This document shows, piece after piece, positions 9,384-18,162 of a stretch of DNA of 50,954 nucleotides. Source of the stretch: Alphaproteobacteria bacterium (GTDB lineage Bacteria > Pseudomonadota > Alphaproteobacteria > RF32 > CAG-239); NCBI GenBank assembly GCA_017475525.1, contig JAFVFH010000054.1:1-50954 (forward strand), written 5' to 3'. The number at the start of each line of letters is the position of its first letter. The first letter of the stretch is position 1. The notes under the pieces were generated by a model, which made no database searches, was not told the DNA's origin, and was given only the letters and a program-made list of their open reading frames with translations. The position numbers and the translations under genes were made by a program.

Positions 9384-11092
9384 TGGAAAAATTGAGCCCT
9401 GTATACACGCTCAACAATGAGTGCCAAGATTGTTACAAATGTGTGCGCAGGTGTCCGGTCAAGGCGATACGTATTCAAGATGGGCATGCGTGTGTGATTG
9501 GTAACAGGTGTATTGCATGCGGCAAATGTGTGGCGCCATGTCCGAGCGGAGCAAAGAGAGTGCGCTCTGATGTGGCGTACGTTAAAGAAATGATTGCTTC
9601 CGGCAAAAAAGTTTATGTTTCGCTCGCGCCGTCATGGCGTGCGAGTTTTGGTTGCACAGCCGAACAACTTGTTTCGACCTTTCAAAAGCTTGGTTTTCAA
9701 GGGGTGAGTGAAACGGCGCTCGGTGCCGAACAGGTTTCAATCAAAACGGCGGAAATCTTAAACAAAGCGGATAAAGGGCTTTTTATTTCAAGCGCTTGTC
9801 CGGTGATTGTGGATTATATCCATCTTTATAAACCTGAAATGGTGCAATATATTGTGCCGCTCGCTTCGCCGGCACAGACGCATGCCAAACTTTTGAAAGA
9901 AAAATTCGGTGAGGACATATCGGTTGTTTTTGTGGGGCCTTGTATTGCCAAGAAAAACGAATCTGATTCAAATCCTGATTTGATTGCGAGCGCTTTGACG
10001 TTTGAAGAATTGAAAGTTTGGCTCAAAGAAGATGATGTGGTGATAGAGGAAAAAGAAGGCGATGAAAATGGTTTTGTGCCCGATATGGCGCATGAAGGTG
10101 CGCTTTATCCCTTAGACGGAGGCATGAACAAGACAATAGAACTTGTCGGCGTGAAAAAAGATGTGCAACTGACACAGGTTTCATCACTCCATCTGTTTTT
10201 TAAGACGCTTGATTCGGTTGATGTCAGCCATTTGACAAAGCCCTTGTTTATTGAGGCTTTAGCTTGTGCCGGAGGCTGTGTGAACGGGCCTTGTGTGGCA
10301 ACAAATGAGGCGCATTTGAATAATGTGTCGACGATTTTAGGCAATGTGAACTATCGCAGTGATGTGCCGCAAGTAGCCGAGGTTGCCGTTGAAAAGCAAT
10401 TTGCAAGAGAGGCTGTTCAAAGAAAAGAATGGACATTAGATGAAATGAAAGAGGCTTTGAAGAGAATCGGCAAATACGCACCTGAAGATGAAATTAATTG
10501 CGCCGGCTGCGGTTATCAAACATGCAGAGGTTTGGCAAAAGCCCTCTTGCAAGGAGATGCGGAACCGTCGATGTGTGTTTCGTATATGCGTCAGCTTGCA
10601 ACAAAAAAGGTGGCGGCCATGCTCAAATCCATGCCGTCAGCGATGTTTGTTTTAGATAAAGAATTTAAGATTTTGGAAACGAATGAGGCTTTTATTAAGG
10701 AGTTTACGGGGGATATGAAAAATGAATTTCTTGCCAATCCTTCGCTTTTAAGCGGGGTGAATGTGCAAAATTTTGTGCCGTGGCAGGATATTTTCAAGAC
10801 CGTGTTGACAACCAATCAGGAAGTGCACAAAGAGCACTATCGCTTCAACGGCAAAGTTTATGATGTGCATGTGTTCGGCATTGAAGCCGGTGAGAGTTTG
10901 GGCGCTATTGTGAGCAATGTGACCTTGAATTTGAACGGGCATGAATATGTGGCAAAACAGGCGCGGGAAGTTATCAACAAAAATATTGCAACCGTTCAGC
11001 AAATTGCTTGTTTGCTTGGCGAACATATGGTCGAAACGGAGGCGCTTTTGAGCGCAATTGCCGAAGACTATAAAAACGAAGATGAGGAATAA
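9383..11092 (+). CDS. sensory [FeFe]-hydrogenase with FeS and PAS domains (HfsB/HydS-like)
   Basis: 2x[4Fe-4S] motifs; H-cluster motifs SSACP, GPCIAKKNE, EALACAGGC; CAGCGY..C; C-terminal PAS-like region. Confidence 0.9.
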   Translation: MEKLSPVYTLNNECQDCYKCVRRCPVKAIRIQDGHACVIGNRCIACGKCVAPCPSGAKRVRSDVAYVKEMIASGKKVYVSLAPSWRASFGCTAEQLVSTFQKLGFQGVSETALGAEQVSIKTAEILNKADKGLFISSACPVIVDYIHLYKPEMVQYIVPLASPAQTHAKLLKEKFGEDISVVFVGPCIAKKNESDSNPDLIASALTFEELKVWLKEDDVVIEEKEGDENGFVPDMAHEGALYPLDGGMNKTIELVGVKKDVQLTQVSSLHLFFKTLDSVDVSHLTKPLFIEALACAGGCVNGPCVATNEAHLNNVSTILGNVNYRSDVPQVAEVAVEKQFAREAVQRKEWTLDEMKEALKRIGKYAPEDEINCAGCGYQTCRGLAKALLQGDAEPSMCVSYMRQLATKKVAAMLKSMPSAMFVLDKEFKILETNEAFIKEFTGDMKNEFLANPSLLSGVNVQNFVPWQDIFKTVLTTNQEVHKEHYRFNGKVYDVHVFGIEAGESLGAIVSNVTLNLNGHEYVAKQAREVINKNIATVQQIACLLGEHMVETEALLSAIAEDYKNEDEE

Positions 11093-11098
11093 AAGCCG

Positions 11099-12256
11099 AT
11101 GTTCGTCGATGTGTGGTGTCATAAAGTTAAAAAATATAATCAAAACGCGTTTGGTGATTATTTTGTTTCAAAACGTGAAAAAGACGGCAAGATTTTTGCC
11201 GTTTTGTCGGACGGTTTAGGCAGCGGCATTAAAGCAAACATTTTATCGTGTATGACATCGACAATGCTTTTGAAATTTATGGAAAAAGAAGTGCCGATTA
11301 AAGAAGCGGCGGAGATTATTATGAACTCGTTGCCGGTTTGTCAGGTCAGAAAAATCAGCTATGCGACTTTTTCGGCCGTTCAGGCTGATGAAGACGGCAA
11401 TGTTTTGGTTGTCGAAGAGGGTAATCCCTCTTTTTTGCGGATGAAAGGTGACGAAATTTGCGAGCCGAATTATCATGAGGTGATTTCAACTTCTTTTCCG
11501 GACAGGCATTTGAGGGTCTATCAATTCAAAGCCGATTTGGGTGACAGGCTTGTTTTTTGCTCGGACGGGGTGACGCAAGCCGGTATGGGTGAAAGTGCCT
11601 ATCCTTTGGGGTTTACAAGAGAGGGGTTTATCCGGTATGTGAAAGGGGCTTTGAAGGTCAATCCTGAAATATCAAGCTCGAATTTGGCCTCAAAAGTTGT
11701 GATGCGTGCCATGCAATGTGAGCCGGAGATGTTGCCGCAAGACGATATTTCGTGCGCGGTGATGTATTTTAGGAATCCGCGAAAGGCGCTTATTTTTACG
11801 GGACCGCCGTATGAAAAACAAAAAGACGGCGAATATACAAGGCAACTCTTGATGTTTGGCGGCAAAAAAGCGATTTGCGGCGGCACGACAGCCAATCTCG
11901 TTTCGCGCGAAAGCAAAAGGCCCGTTATCAGTATGCCGGTGATGAATATGGGTTCGCTTCCGCCGATATCAAAAATGGACGGGGTTGATTTGGTGACCGA
12001 GGGAATTTTAACGCTGACGCGTACGCTTGAATATTTGGAACAGGAAAAACTCAATGAACAAGATGCAGCCGGTGAATTAGTGAAGTTTTTACTTGATTGT
12101 GATATGATTGAGTTTATGGTGGGTGCAATGCTCAACCAAGCCCATTATGATCCGAGCTTGCCGATTGAAATCGAAATCAGGCGCAATGTGATTAAAAAAA
12201 TGAAGAAGGTTTTGGAAAATAATTATTTTAAACGTGTGACCATTCATTATGTTTAG
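11099..12256 (+). CDS. SpoIIE-family Ser/Thr phosphatase (HfsC-like)
   Basis: LSDGLGSG, SDGVTQ, DDIS and CGGTTA motifs. Confidence 0.9.
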   Translation: MFVDVWCHKVKKYNQNAFGDYFVSKREKDGKIFAVLSDGLGSGIKANILSCMTSTMLLKFMEKEVPIKEAAEIIMNSLPVCQVRKISYATFSAVQADEDGNVLVVEEGNPSFLRMKGDEICEPNYHEVISTSFPDRHLRVYQFKADLGDRLVFCSDGVTQAGMGESAYPLGFTREGFIRYVKGALKVNPEISSSNLASKVVMRAMQCEPEMLPQDDISCAVMYFRNPRKALIFTGPPYEKQKDGEYTRQLLMFGGKKAICGGTTANLVSRESKRPVISMPVMNMGSLPPISKMDGVDLVTEGILTLTRTLEYLEQEKLNEQDAAGELVKFLLDCDMIEFMVGAMLNQAHYDPSLPIEIEIRRNVIKKMKKVLENNYFKRVTIHYV

Positions 12257-12266
12257 GAGAACAAAT

Positions 12267-12518
12267 ATGGCAAAAGTAAAAATACAAATTTGCAACGGAA
12301 CAACCTGCTTTGTGATGGGCGGCGGTAATCAGCAGGCCTTATCCGAGATTTTGAAAAATAAATATCAGGATAAGATTGAAATAGAAGCTGTGCGCTGTTT
12401 TGAGCTTTGCTCTCAGAAAGATGCATTTTCAAAAGCGCCTTTTGTGAAAGTTGACGGGCAAATGATTGATCAGGCAAATTTAGAAAAAATTAAAAAGGTT
12501 ATAGAAGAGAAATTATAA
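12267..12518 (+). CDS. thioredoxin-like [2Fe-2S] protein
   Basis: ICNGTTCFVMG...CFELC; AGGAG RBS before ATG 12267. Confidence 0.85.
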   Translation: MAKVKIQICNGTTCFVMGGGNQQALSEILKNKYQDKIEIEAVRCFELCSQKDAFSKAPFVKVDGQMIDQANLEKIKKVIEEKL

Positions 12519-12519
12519 A

Positions 12520-13977
12520 ATGACAGAAGAAATTGTTGCAACAAAAAGATTAAAAAGAGAAATTTTGGTGCGTCTGGTCAAGGCATTTATGTCGGACAAT
12601 TTTGAAGAAAATGTGCGATTGATTCCGTATGATATGAGACCAAAGGGAAGCGAAGTGCCTTTCAGGTGCTGTATTTATAAAGAACGTGCGATTTTGCGCT
12701 CGCGCGCTATTGCAGGCCTCGGGTTTGCCATGGAGGAAGATGATGAGCGCACGCTTTTATCTGACTTTGCGCGCAAGGCATTGGAGCGCGAAAGACCGGA
12801 GGAACATCCGCTGACCGTTTTGCAAAATGCGTGCAAAGGGTGTCCGTCTTCTAAAATTTTTGTGACCGAACTTTGTCAGAGCTGCGTGGCAAAGCCGTGT
12901 TTGACGGTTTGCAAGTTTGGGGCGATTGATCATGTGAACGGAAGGTCTGTCATTAATCAGGAAAAGTGCAAAAAATGCGGTATGTGTATGAATGCGTGTC
13001 CGTATCATGCTATTGTCAAGACGATTGTGCCTTGCGAGGAAGCTTGTCCGGTCGGCGCCATTGCTAAAGGTGAAGACGGATTTGCGCATATTGATCATGA
13101 AAAGTGTATCTCTTGCGGTAAGTGTGTGACGGCTTGTCCGTTTGGAGCCACGCATGCCAAAAGCCAGATTATTGACGTTTTAAGGCGCATTAAAGAAGGC
13201 AAAAAAGTGATTGCAATGTTTGCGCCGGCACTTATCGGGCATCTGCCTTGCGGTGCCGAACAACTCAAAGACGCATTCAAAAAGATAGGTTTCTTTGATG
13301 TTTATGAAGTGGCTCAAGGTGCTGATGTGACGGCCAAAACGGAAGCTAAAGATTTTGAAGAACGTCTCAAAGAAGGGGCGTCTTTTATGACAACATCTTG
13401 TTGTGCGGCATATAATGAGCTTGTGAAAAAGCATTTGCCGGAGATGAAACCTTATGTTTCAGATGCCAAAACACCGCTTTACTACACAGCAGAAATTGTC
13501 AAAAAAGAACATCCGGAGGCGGTGACGGTGTTTATCAGCCCGTGTTTTGCAAAACGACGTGAGGTTTTGGACAATCCGAACATCAATTATGTGTTAAATT
13601 TTGAAGAACTCGGTGCTATATTCATTGCTATGGGAATAGAAGTTGACACATGCGAAGAAAAGGAGTTTGCATATAAGAGCTCTAAAGAGGCGCGCGAATT
13701 TGCCGTTTCAGGCGGGGTGGCACGCTCTGTTTTGGCGGCATGGCGCGGCGAACCGGATGCTGTCAAGCCGGTGGTTATTAACGGGCTCAATAAGGAAAGT
13801 TTACGTAATCTCAAAGTTTATGCCAAAACGGGAAAATGCCCGCTCGGCAATCTGGTTGAGGTGGTGTGTTGTGAAGGCGGATGTATTGGCGGAAACGCCG
13901 GCTTAAATACGGTTAAATCCGCACTCAAAAAAGTTGGCGAATATGCTTCAAAGGCTCATTCGCTTGAAAATGAATAA
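12520..13977 (+). CDS. monomeric ferredoxin-dependent [FeFe]-hydrogenase (group B / HfsD-like)
   Basis: Multiple [4Fe-4S] motifs; TTSCC, SPCFAKRRE and CEGGCIGG motifs. Confidence 0.9.
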   Translation: MTEEIVATKRLKREILVRLVKAFMSDNFEENVRLIPYDMRPKGSEVPFRCCIYKERAILRSRAIAGLGFAMEEDDERTLLSDFARKALERERPEEHPLTVLQNACKGCPSSKIFVTELCQSCVAKPCLTVCKFGAIDHVNGRSVINQEKCKKCGMCMNACPYHAIVKTIVPCEEACPVGAIAKGEDGFAHIDHEKCISCGKCVTACPFGATHAKSQIIDVLRRIKEGKKVIAMFAPALIGHLPCGAEQLKDAFKKIGFFDVYEVAQGADVTAKTEAKDFEERLKEGASFMTTSCCAAYNELVKKHLPEMKPYVSDAKTPLYYTAEIVKKEHPEAVTVFISPCFAKRREVLDNPNINYVLNFEELGAIFIAMGIEVDTCEEKEFAYKSSKEAREFAVSGGVARSVLAAWRGEPDAVKPVVINGLNKESLRNLKVYAKTGKCPLGNLVEVVCCEGGCIGGNAGLNTVKSALKKVGEYASKAHSLENE

Positions 13978-14000
13978 GAAAAGAAAGGTAAAAAAATAAA

Positions 14001-16607
14001 ATGACAACAGAACAAAAACAAGTGTTAACGTTAGAAGATTTGGACGCGCTTCTTGACAGAGTGCATGCGGCGCAAAATCAATACGCCACATTTTCGGAAG
14101 AAAAAGTTGATGCGATTTTTAAGGCTGCCGCAACCGCTGCCAACAAAATGCGAATCGATTTGGCCGAAATGGCTGTCGAGGAAACGGGTATGGGCGTTTT
14201 GGAAGACAAAATCATTAAAAATCACTTTGCAAGCGAATATATTTATAACAAGCACAAAGGGGTTAAAACTTGCGGTATTATCAAACGCGACAAGGTAAAC
14301 GGAACAAAAATCGTGGCGGCACCGCTCGGGGTGATTGCCGGTATTGTGCCGACAACAAATCCGACATCAACCGCGATTTTCAAATCTTTGATTGCTTTGA
14401 AAACAAGAAACGGTATTGTGTTTTCACCGCATCCGAGAGCTAAAAAATCAACAATTGCCGCCGCTAAGGTCGTTCTGGATGCAGCCGTTAAAGCCGGTGC
14501 ACCGAAAGATATTATCGGCTGGATTGATGAACCGACAATGGAGCTTTCGGGCGCATTGATGGGGCATAAGAAAATTCAGTGTATCTTAGCAACCGGTGGC
14601 CCGGGGATGGTGAAAGCGGCCTATTCGAGCGGAACGCCGGCCATCGGCGTCGGTTCGGGAAATACGCCTGCGATTATTGATGAAACGGCAGATATTAAAA
14701 TGGCAGTTTCTTCGATTTTGATGTCTAAGACTTTTGATAACGGTATGATTTGCGCTTCCGAACAATCGGTGATTGTGGTCAAAGATGTCTATGATGCCGT
14801 AAAAAATGAATTTGTTTATCGCGGTGCTCATCTCTTAAATAAAAAGGAAACAGAGCAACTTGCAAAAATTATTTTGACACCGAAAGGGGTTAATGCGTCG
14901 ATTGTTGGTCAACCGGCTTATAAAATTGCTGAGCTTGCCGGATTTAAGGTGCCTCATGATGCAAAAATTTTGCTTGCCGAACAAACGGATTATAGCGCGG
15001 AAAATCCGTATGCCCATGAAAAATTATCGCCTATTTTGACCATGTATAAGGCCGAAAATTTTGAAGAAGCAACGGATATGGCTTATGCGCTTGTAAACCT
15101 TGGCGGTTTGGGACATACGTCTGTTTTATACACCGATGAGCGTGTGCAAGACAGAATAGATTTTTATGCGGCAAAAATGCCGACAGGTCGAATTTTAATA
15201 AACAGCCCGTCATCTCAAGGCGGAATCGGCGATTTGTTCAATTTCCGTTTAGAGCCCTCACTGACATTAGGTTGCGGTTCTTGGGGCGGCAACGCAGTGA
15301 GCGAAAATGTTGGGGTGAAACATTTATTAAACTATAAAACAGTTGCAGAAAGGAGAGAAAATATGTTGTGGTTTAAGGTGCCTCCGAAAATTTATTTCAA
15401 GCGCGGTGCAACCGATTTGGCTTTGCGCGAATTTGAAGGTAAAAAGCGTGCGTTTATTGTGACAGACAGATTTTTGTTTGACAGTGGCGCGGTGAGAGCC
15501 ATTACAGATGTTTTTGAAGAAATCGGAGTTGATTTTCAAATTTTCTTTGACGTCAAACCGGATCCGGATTTGTCGACAATTGAGCAGGCTTTGACAATGG
15601 TTAAAACCTATCAGCCTGATTTGATTGTGGCATTGGGCGGCGGTTCGCCGATGGATGCGGCAAAGGTGATTTGGCTGATGTATGAGCACCCTGAGACGAA
15701 TTTTGAAGATGTGGCAATGCGCTTTATGGACATCAGAAAGAGGATTTGCCAGCTTCCGGAACTCGGGCTGAAAGCAAAGCTTGTTTGTATTCCGACAACA
15801 TCGGGCACGGGTTCGGAGGTCACACCGTTTGCGGTGATTACCGATGATAAAACGCATCTGAAATATCCTTTGGCAGATTATGCGTTAACGCCATCAATGG
15901 CCATCGTTGATGCGAACTTTGTTGACGGTATGCCGAAAGGTTTGACATCTGCCGGCGGTATTGATGCTTTGGTGCATGCGTTGGAAGCTTATGTTTCTTG
16001 TATGGCAACAAACTATACAAACTCGCTTGCTTTAGAGGCAATTAAGCAAATTTTCCGTTATTTGCCAAGCGCATACAAAAACGGTGCAAACGATCCGAAA
16101 GCAAGAGAAAAAATGCACAATGCCGCAACAATGGCCGGTATGGCTTTTGCAAATGCCTTTTTGGGCTTGTGTCATTCCATGGCGCATAAGTTGGGCGCGA
16201 TGTATCATATTCCGCATGGTATTGCAAATGCGCTTCTGATTTGCCAAATTATTCGCTTTAATGCTAACGACAAGCCGACAAAGCAGGCGATTTTCCCGCA
16301 ATACAAAGTTCCGGAAGCAAAGAAACGTTATGCACAAATTGCTCATGTTTTGTATTTGGGCGATGAAAAGACAAGCGAAGATGAGCGCGTTAATTTGCTC
16401 ATTGATGCTGTTGCCAAGCTTAAAGACGAGATTGAAATTCCGAGATCAATCAAAGAATACGGCATTGATGAAAAGACTTTCATGCAAAATCTTGATGAGC
16501 TTGTGAGATTGGCTTATGATGATCAGTGCACGGGTGCAAACCCTGTTTATCCGCTAATGAGCGAGATTAAGCAAATTTATATCGATGCTTTTGAAGGAAA
16601 ATATTAA
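14001..16607 (+). CDS. adhE: bifunctional acetaldehyde-CoA/alcohol dehydrogenase
   Basis: ATGGPGMV, ICASEQ, TLGCGSWGGN, GGGSPMDAAK and HSMAHK motifs. Confidence 0.98.
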   Translation: MTTEQKQVLTLEDLDALLDRVHAAQNQYATFSEEKVDAIFKAAATAANKMRIDLAEMAVEETGMGVLEDKIIKNHFASEYIYNKHKGVKTCGIIKRDKVNGTKIVAAPLGVIAGIVPTTNPTSTAIFKSLIALKTRNGIVFSPHPRAKKSTIAAAKVVLDAAVKAGAPKDIIGWIDEPTMELSGALMGHKKIQCILATGGPGMVKAAYSSGTPAIGVGSGNTPAIIDETADIKMAVSSILMSKTFDNGMICASEQSVIVVKDVYDAVKNEFVYRGAHLLNKKETEQLAKIILTPKGVNASIVGQPAYKIAELAGFKVPHDAKILLAEQTDYSAENPYAHEKLSPILTMYKAENFEEATDMAYALVNLGGLGHTSVLYTDERVQDRIDFYAAKMPTGRILINSPSSQGGIGDLFNFRLEPSLTLGCGSWGGNAVSENVGVKHLLNYKTVAERRENMLWFKVPPKIYFKRGATDLALREFEGKKRAFIVTDRFLFDSGAVRAITDVFEEIGVDFQIFFDVKPDPDLSTIEQALTMVKTYQPDLIVALGGGSPMDAAKVIWLMYEHPETNFEDVAMRFMDIRKRICQLPELGLKAKLVCIPTTSGTGSEVTPFAVITDDKTHLKYPLADYALTPSMAIVDANFVDGMPKGLTSAGGIDALVHALEAYVSCMATNYTNSLALEAIKQIFRYLPSAYKNGANDPKAREKMHNAATMAGMAFANAFLGLCHSMAHKLGAMYHIPHGIANALLICQIIRFNANDKPTKQAIFPQYKVPEAKKRYAQIAHVLYLGDEKTSEDERVNLLIDAVAKLKDEIEIPRSIKEYGIDEKTFMQNLDELVRLAYDDQCTGANPVYPLMSEIKQIYIDAFEGKY

Positions 16608-16609
16608 AA

Positions 16610-17212
16610 ATGTTGGCAATCTCGGGTAAATTGATACATCGTTTGACGCTTTATCACGGTATATTAACTTATACGCTGTGCGGGCAAGAATATGTTTCAA
16701 GCAACGAGATTGCCACCCTTTTGAAGATTGATGATTCTCAGGTTAGAAAAGATATTGCTCTTTGCGGTGTTCAGGGGCTACCCAAACACGGATACAAGGT
16801 TTTGGCTTTGAAAAAAAGCATTGAGCAAAAGCTTTCTTTTAACAAACAGAAGGATATTTTTGTGATTGGCGCCGGACATTTGGCAACGGCTTTGACGCAA
16901 TATGCTGATTTTAAGGCTTACGGCATCAATATTTTGGCGCTTTTTGACAATTATGAATCAAAAATCGGACAAATGATTAACGGCAAGCGCGTTTTTGATA
17001 TTAATCGTTTGGAAAACTTGATTGGACGGATGAAAATCGACACCGTGATTTTGGCTCTTCCGCCTCAAAATGCGCAAGAAGTAACAAATCGTCTTGTCAA
17101 AAGCGGGATTAAATTTATTTGGAATTTTACGCCGTGCATTATTGAGGTTCCCGATGAGGTTGTCGTTTGCTATGAAAATATTGTGAGCGGGTTTTTACAG
17201 CTCATTTTGTAA
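16610..17212 (+). CDS. rex: redox-sensing transcriptional repressor Rex
   Basis: RL..Y, SQVRKD winged helix, GY.V..L, IGAGHL Rossmann motif, IWNFTP. Confidence 0.9.
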   Translation: MLAISGKLIHRLTLYHGILTYTLCGQEYVSSNEIATLLKIDDSQVRKDIALCGVQGLPKHGYKVLALKKSIEQKLSFNKQKDIFVIGAGHLATALTQYADFKAYGINILALFDNYESKIGQMINGKRVFDINRLENLIGRMKIDTVILALPPQNAQEVTNRLVKSGIKFIWNFTPCIIEVPDEVVVCYENIVSGFLQLIL

Positions 17213-17440
17213 ATCTTGAGAAGCTTTTCTCATGGCTTCTAATGTCCTCTTTTTTCCTTATGCAGTATTTTCTACACTGCGTCGAATTCATGCGTGCCGG
17301 ATAAAGATTTTGAAGAAGCGTATGATGCAAGGGATTATCCAAGTCCGTCATAGGTTTGCGAATTTTTATTAAATAACACAAAAAAACGCTCTACCGGATT
17401 ATTTTTTATATAACCCATTATATGCCTTGATTTTATTTGC

Positions 17441-17887
17441 TTTTTTGCACTTTTTATCGCTTTTATCATTTTTAATTCTCTGCCGGCGTTGAGCCTCTAT
17501 CTTCTGCTTGTCCGAAACCCGAATCCCGTTTGGCAAATCGAGCTGATTTATTTTAGCTTTGTGTCGCTCGGCTTTGTTCTCCCGTTTGCCTCGCTTTGTT
17601 TTTATTCCAACTTGGCTCTGCTGATTGAAAACGAACCTTGGTGCAATTTTAAGCAAATTTATCAAAAAACACGGTTTAAGCTCTCTAAAATTTTCTTTTC
17701 ATTTGCGGTTGTTTTAGGTTTTTGCCTGCTTTTGTTTATGAGCGTCAACAACAGCTTAAAGGCAAACATTTTTGAACCGTTTTTTGTGTATAACACCATA
17801 AGCGAATATCTTTTTGAACTCACGATTTTATTGATTTTCACACTTGTTTTGAACTTCATCCGCGTTCAAAAAGAGATTTTTGAATAA
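17441..17887 (+). pseudogene. 5'-truncated duplicate of the membrane-protein gene at 46760-47533
   Basis: Translation is near-identical to the C-terminal half of that protein; no start region. DNA homology runs to 17943. Confidence 0.85.
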
Positions 17888-17917
17888 AATTTCAGCCTAT
17901 CTTTCACAAGAATCTAT

Positions 17918-17946
17918 TTGACTTTTTTCCTTTGGTGTGGCATCAT
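17918..17946 (+). promoter_or_regulatory. promoter of leader A
   Basis: TTGACT-17 bp-CATCAT; same design at 40047-40019 (-) and a decayed copy near 46728-46700 (-). Confidence 0.7.
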
Positions 17947-17951
17947 TAAAG

Positions 17952-18111
17952 TATAACCGAAATGGTTATGGTGTCTAGTTGGCATTTTCGAAACGTATAC
18001 TCCTGCTAACGGGAGTTCTTGATATAAGCATATTTATGACGAATAAAAGAGGCTGCGTTTCGACAGTTAACTAGCTCCCACTTTGGATATTTTCTGAAGT
18101 GATTTTTTTTT
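17952..18111 (+). ncRNA. putative structured leader/attenuator (copy A)
   Basis: Colinear with copy B, with compensatory stem changes; ends in ctcc, hairpin and T9. Confidence 0.75.
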
Positions 18112-18162
18112 CAGTAAACATCATCCTGAGCTTGTTTCGGGATCTAACAAAGGAGAAAAACG

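Noticed and set aside
17441-17887. Diversity-generating retroelement template/variable repeat pair with 46760-47206
   Set aside because: Differences are not adenine-specific, the length is ~500 bp and no reverse transcriptase is present.
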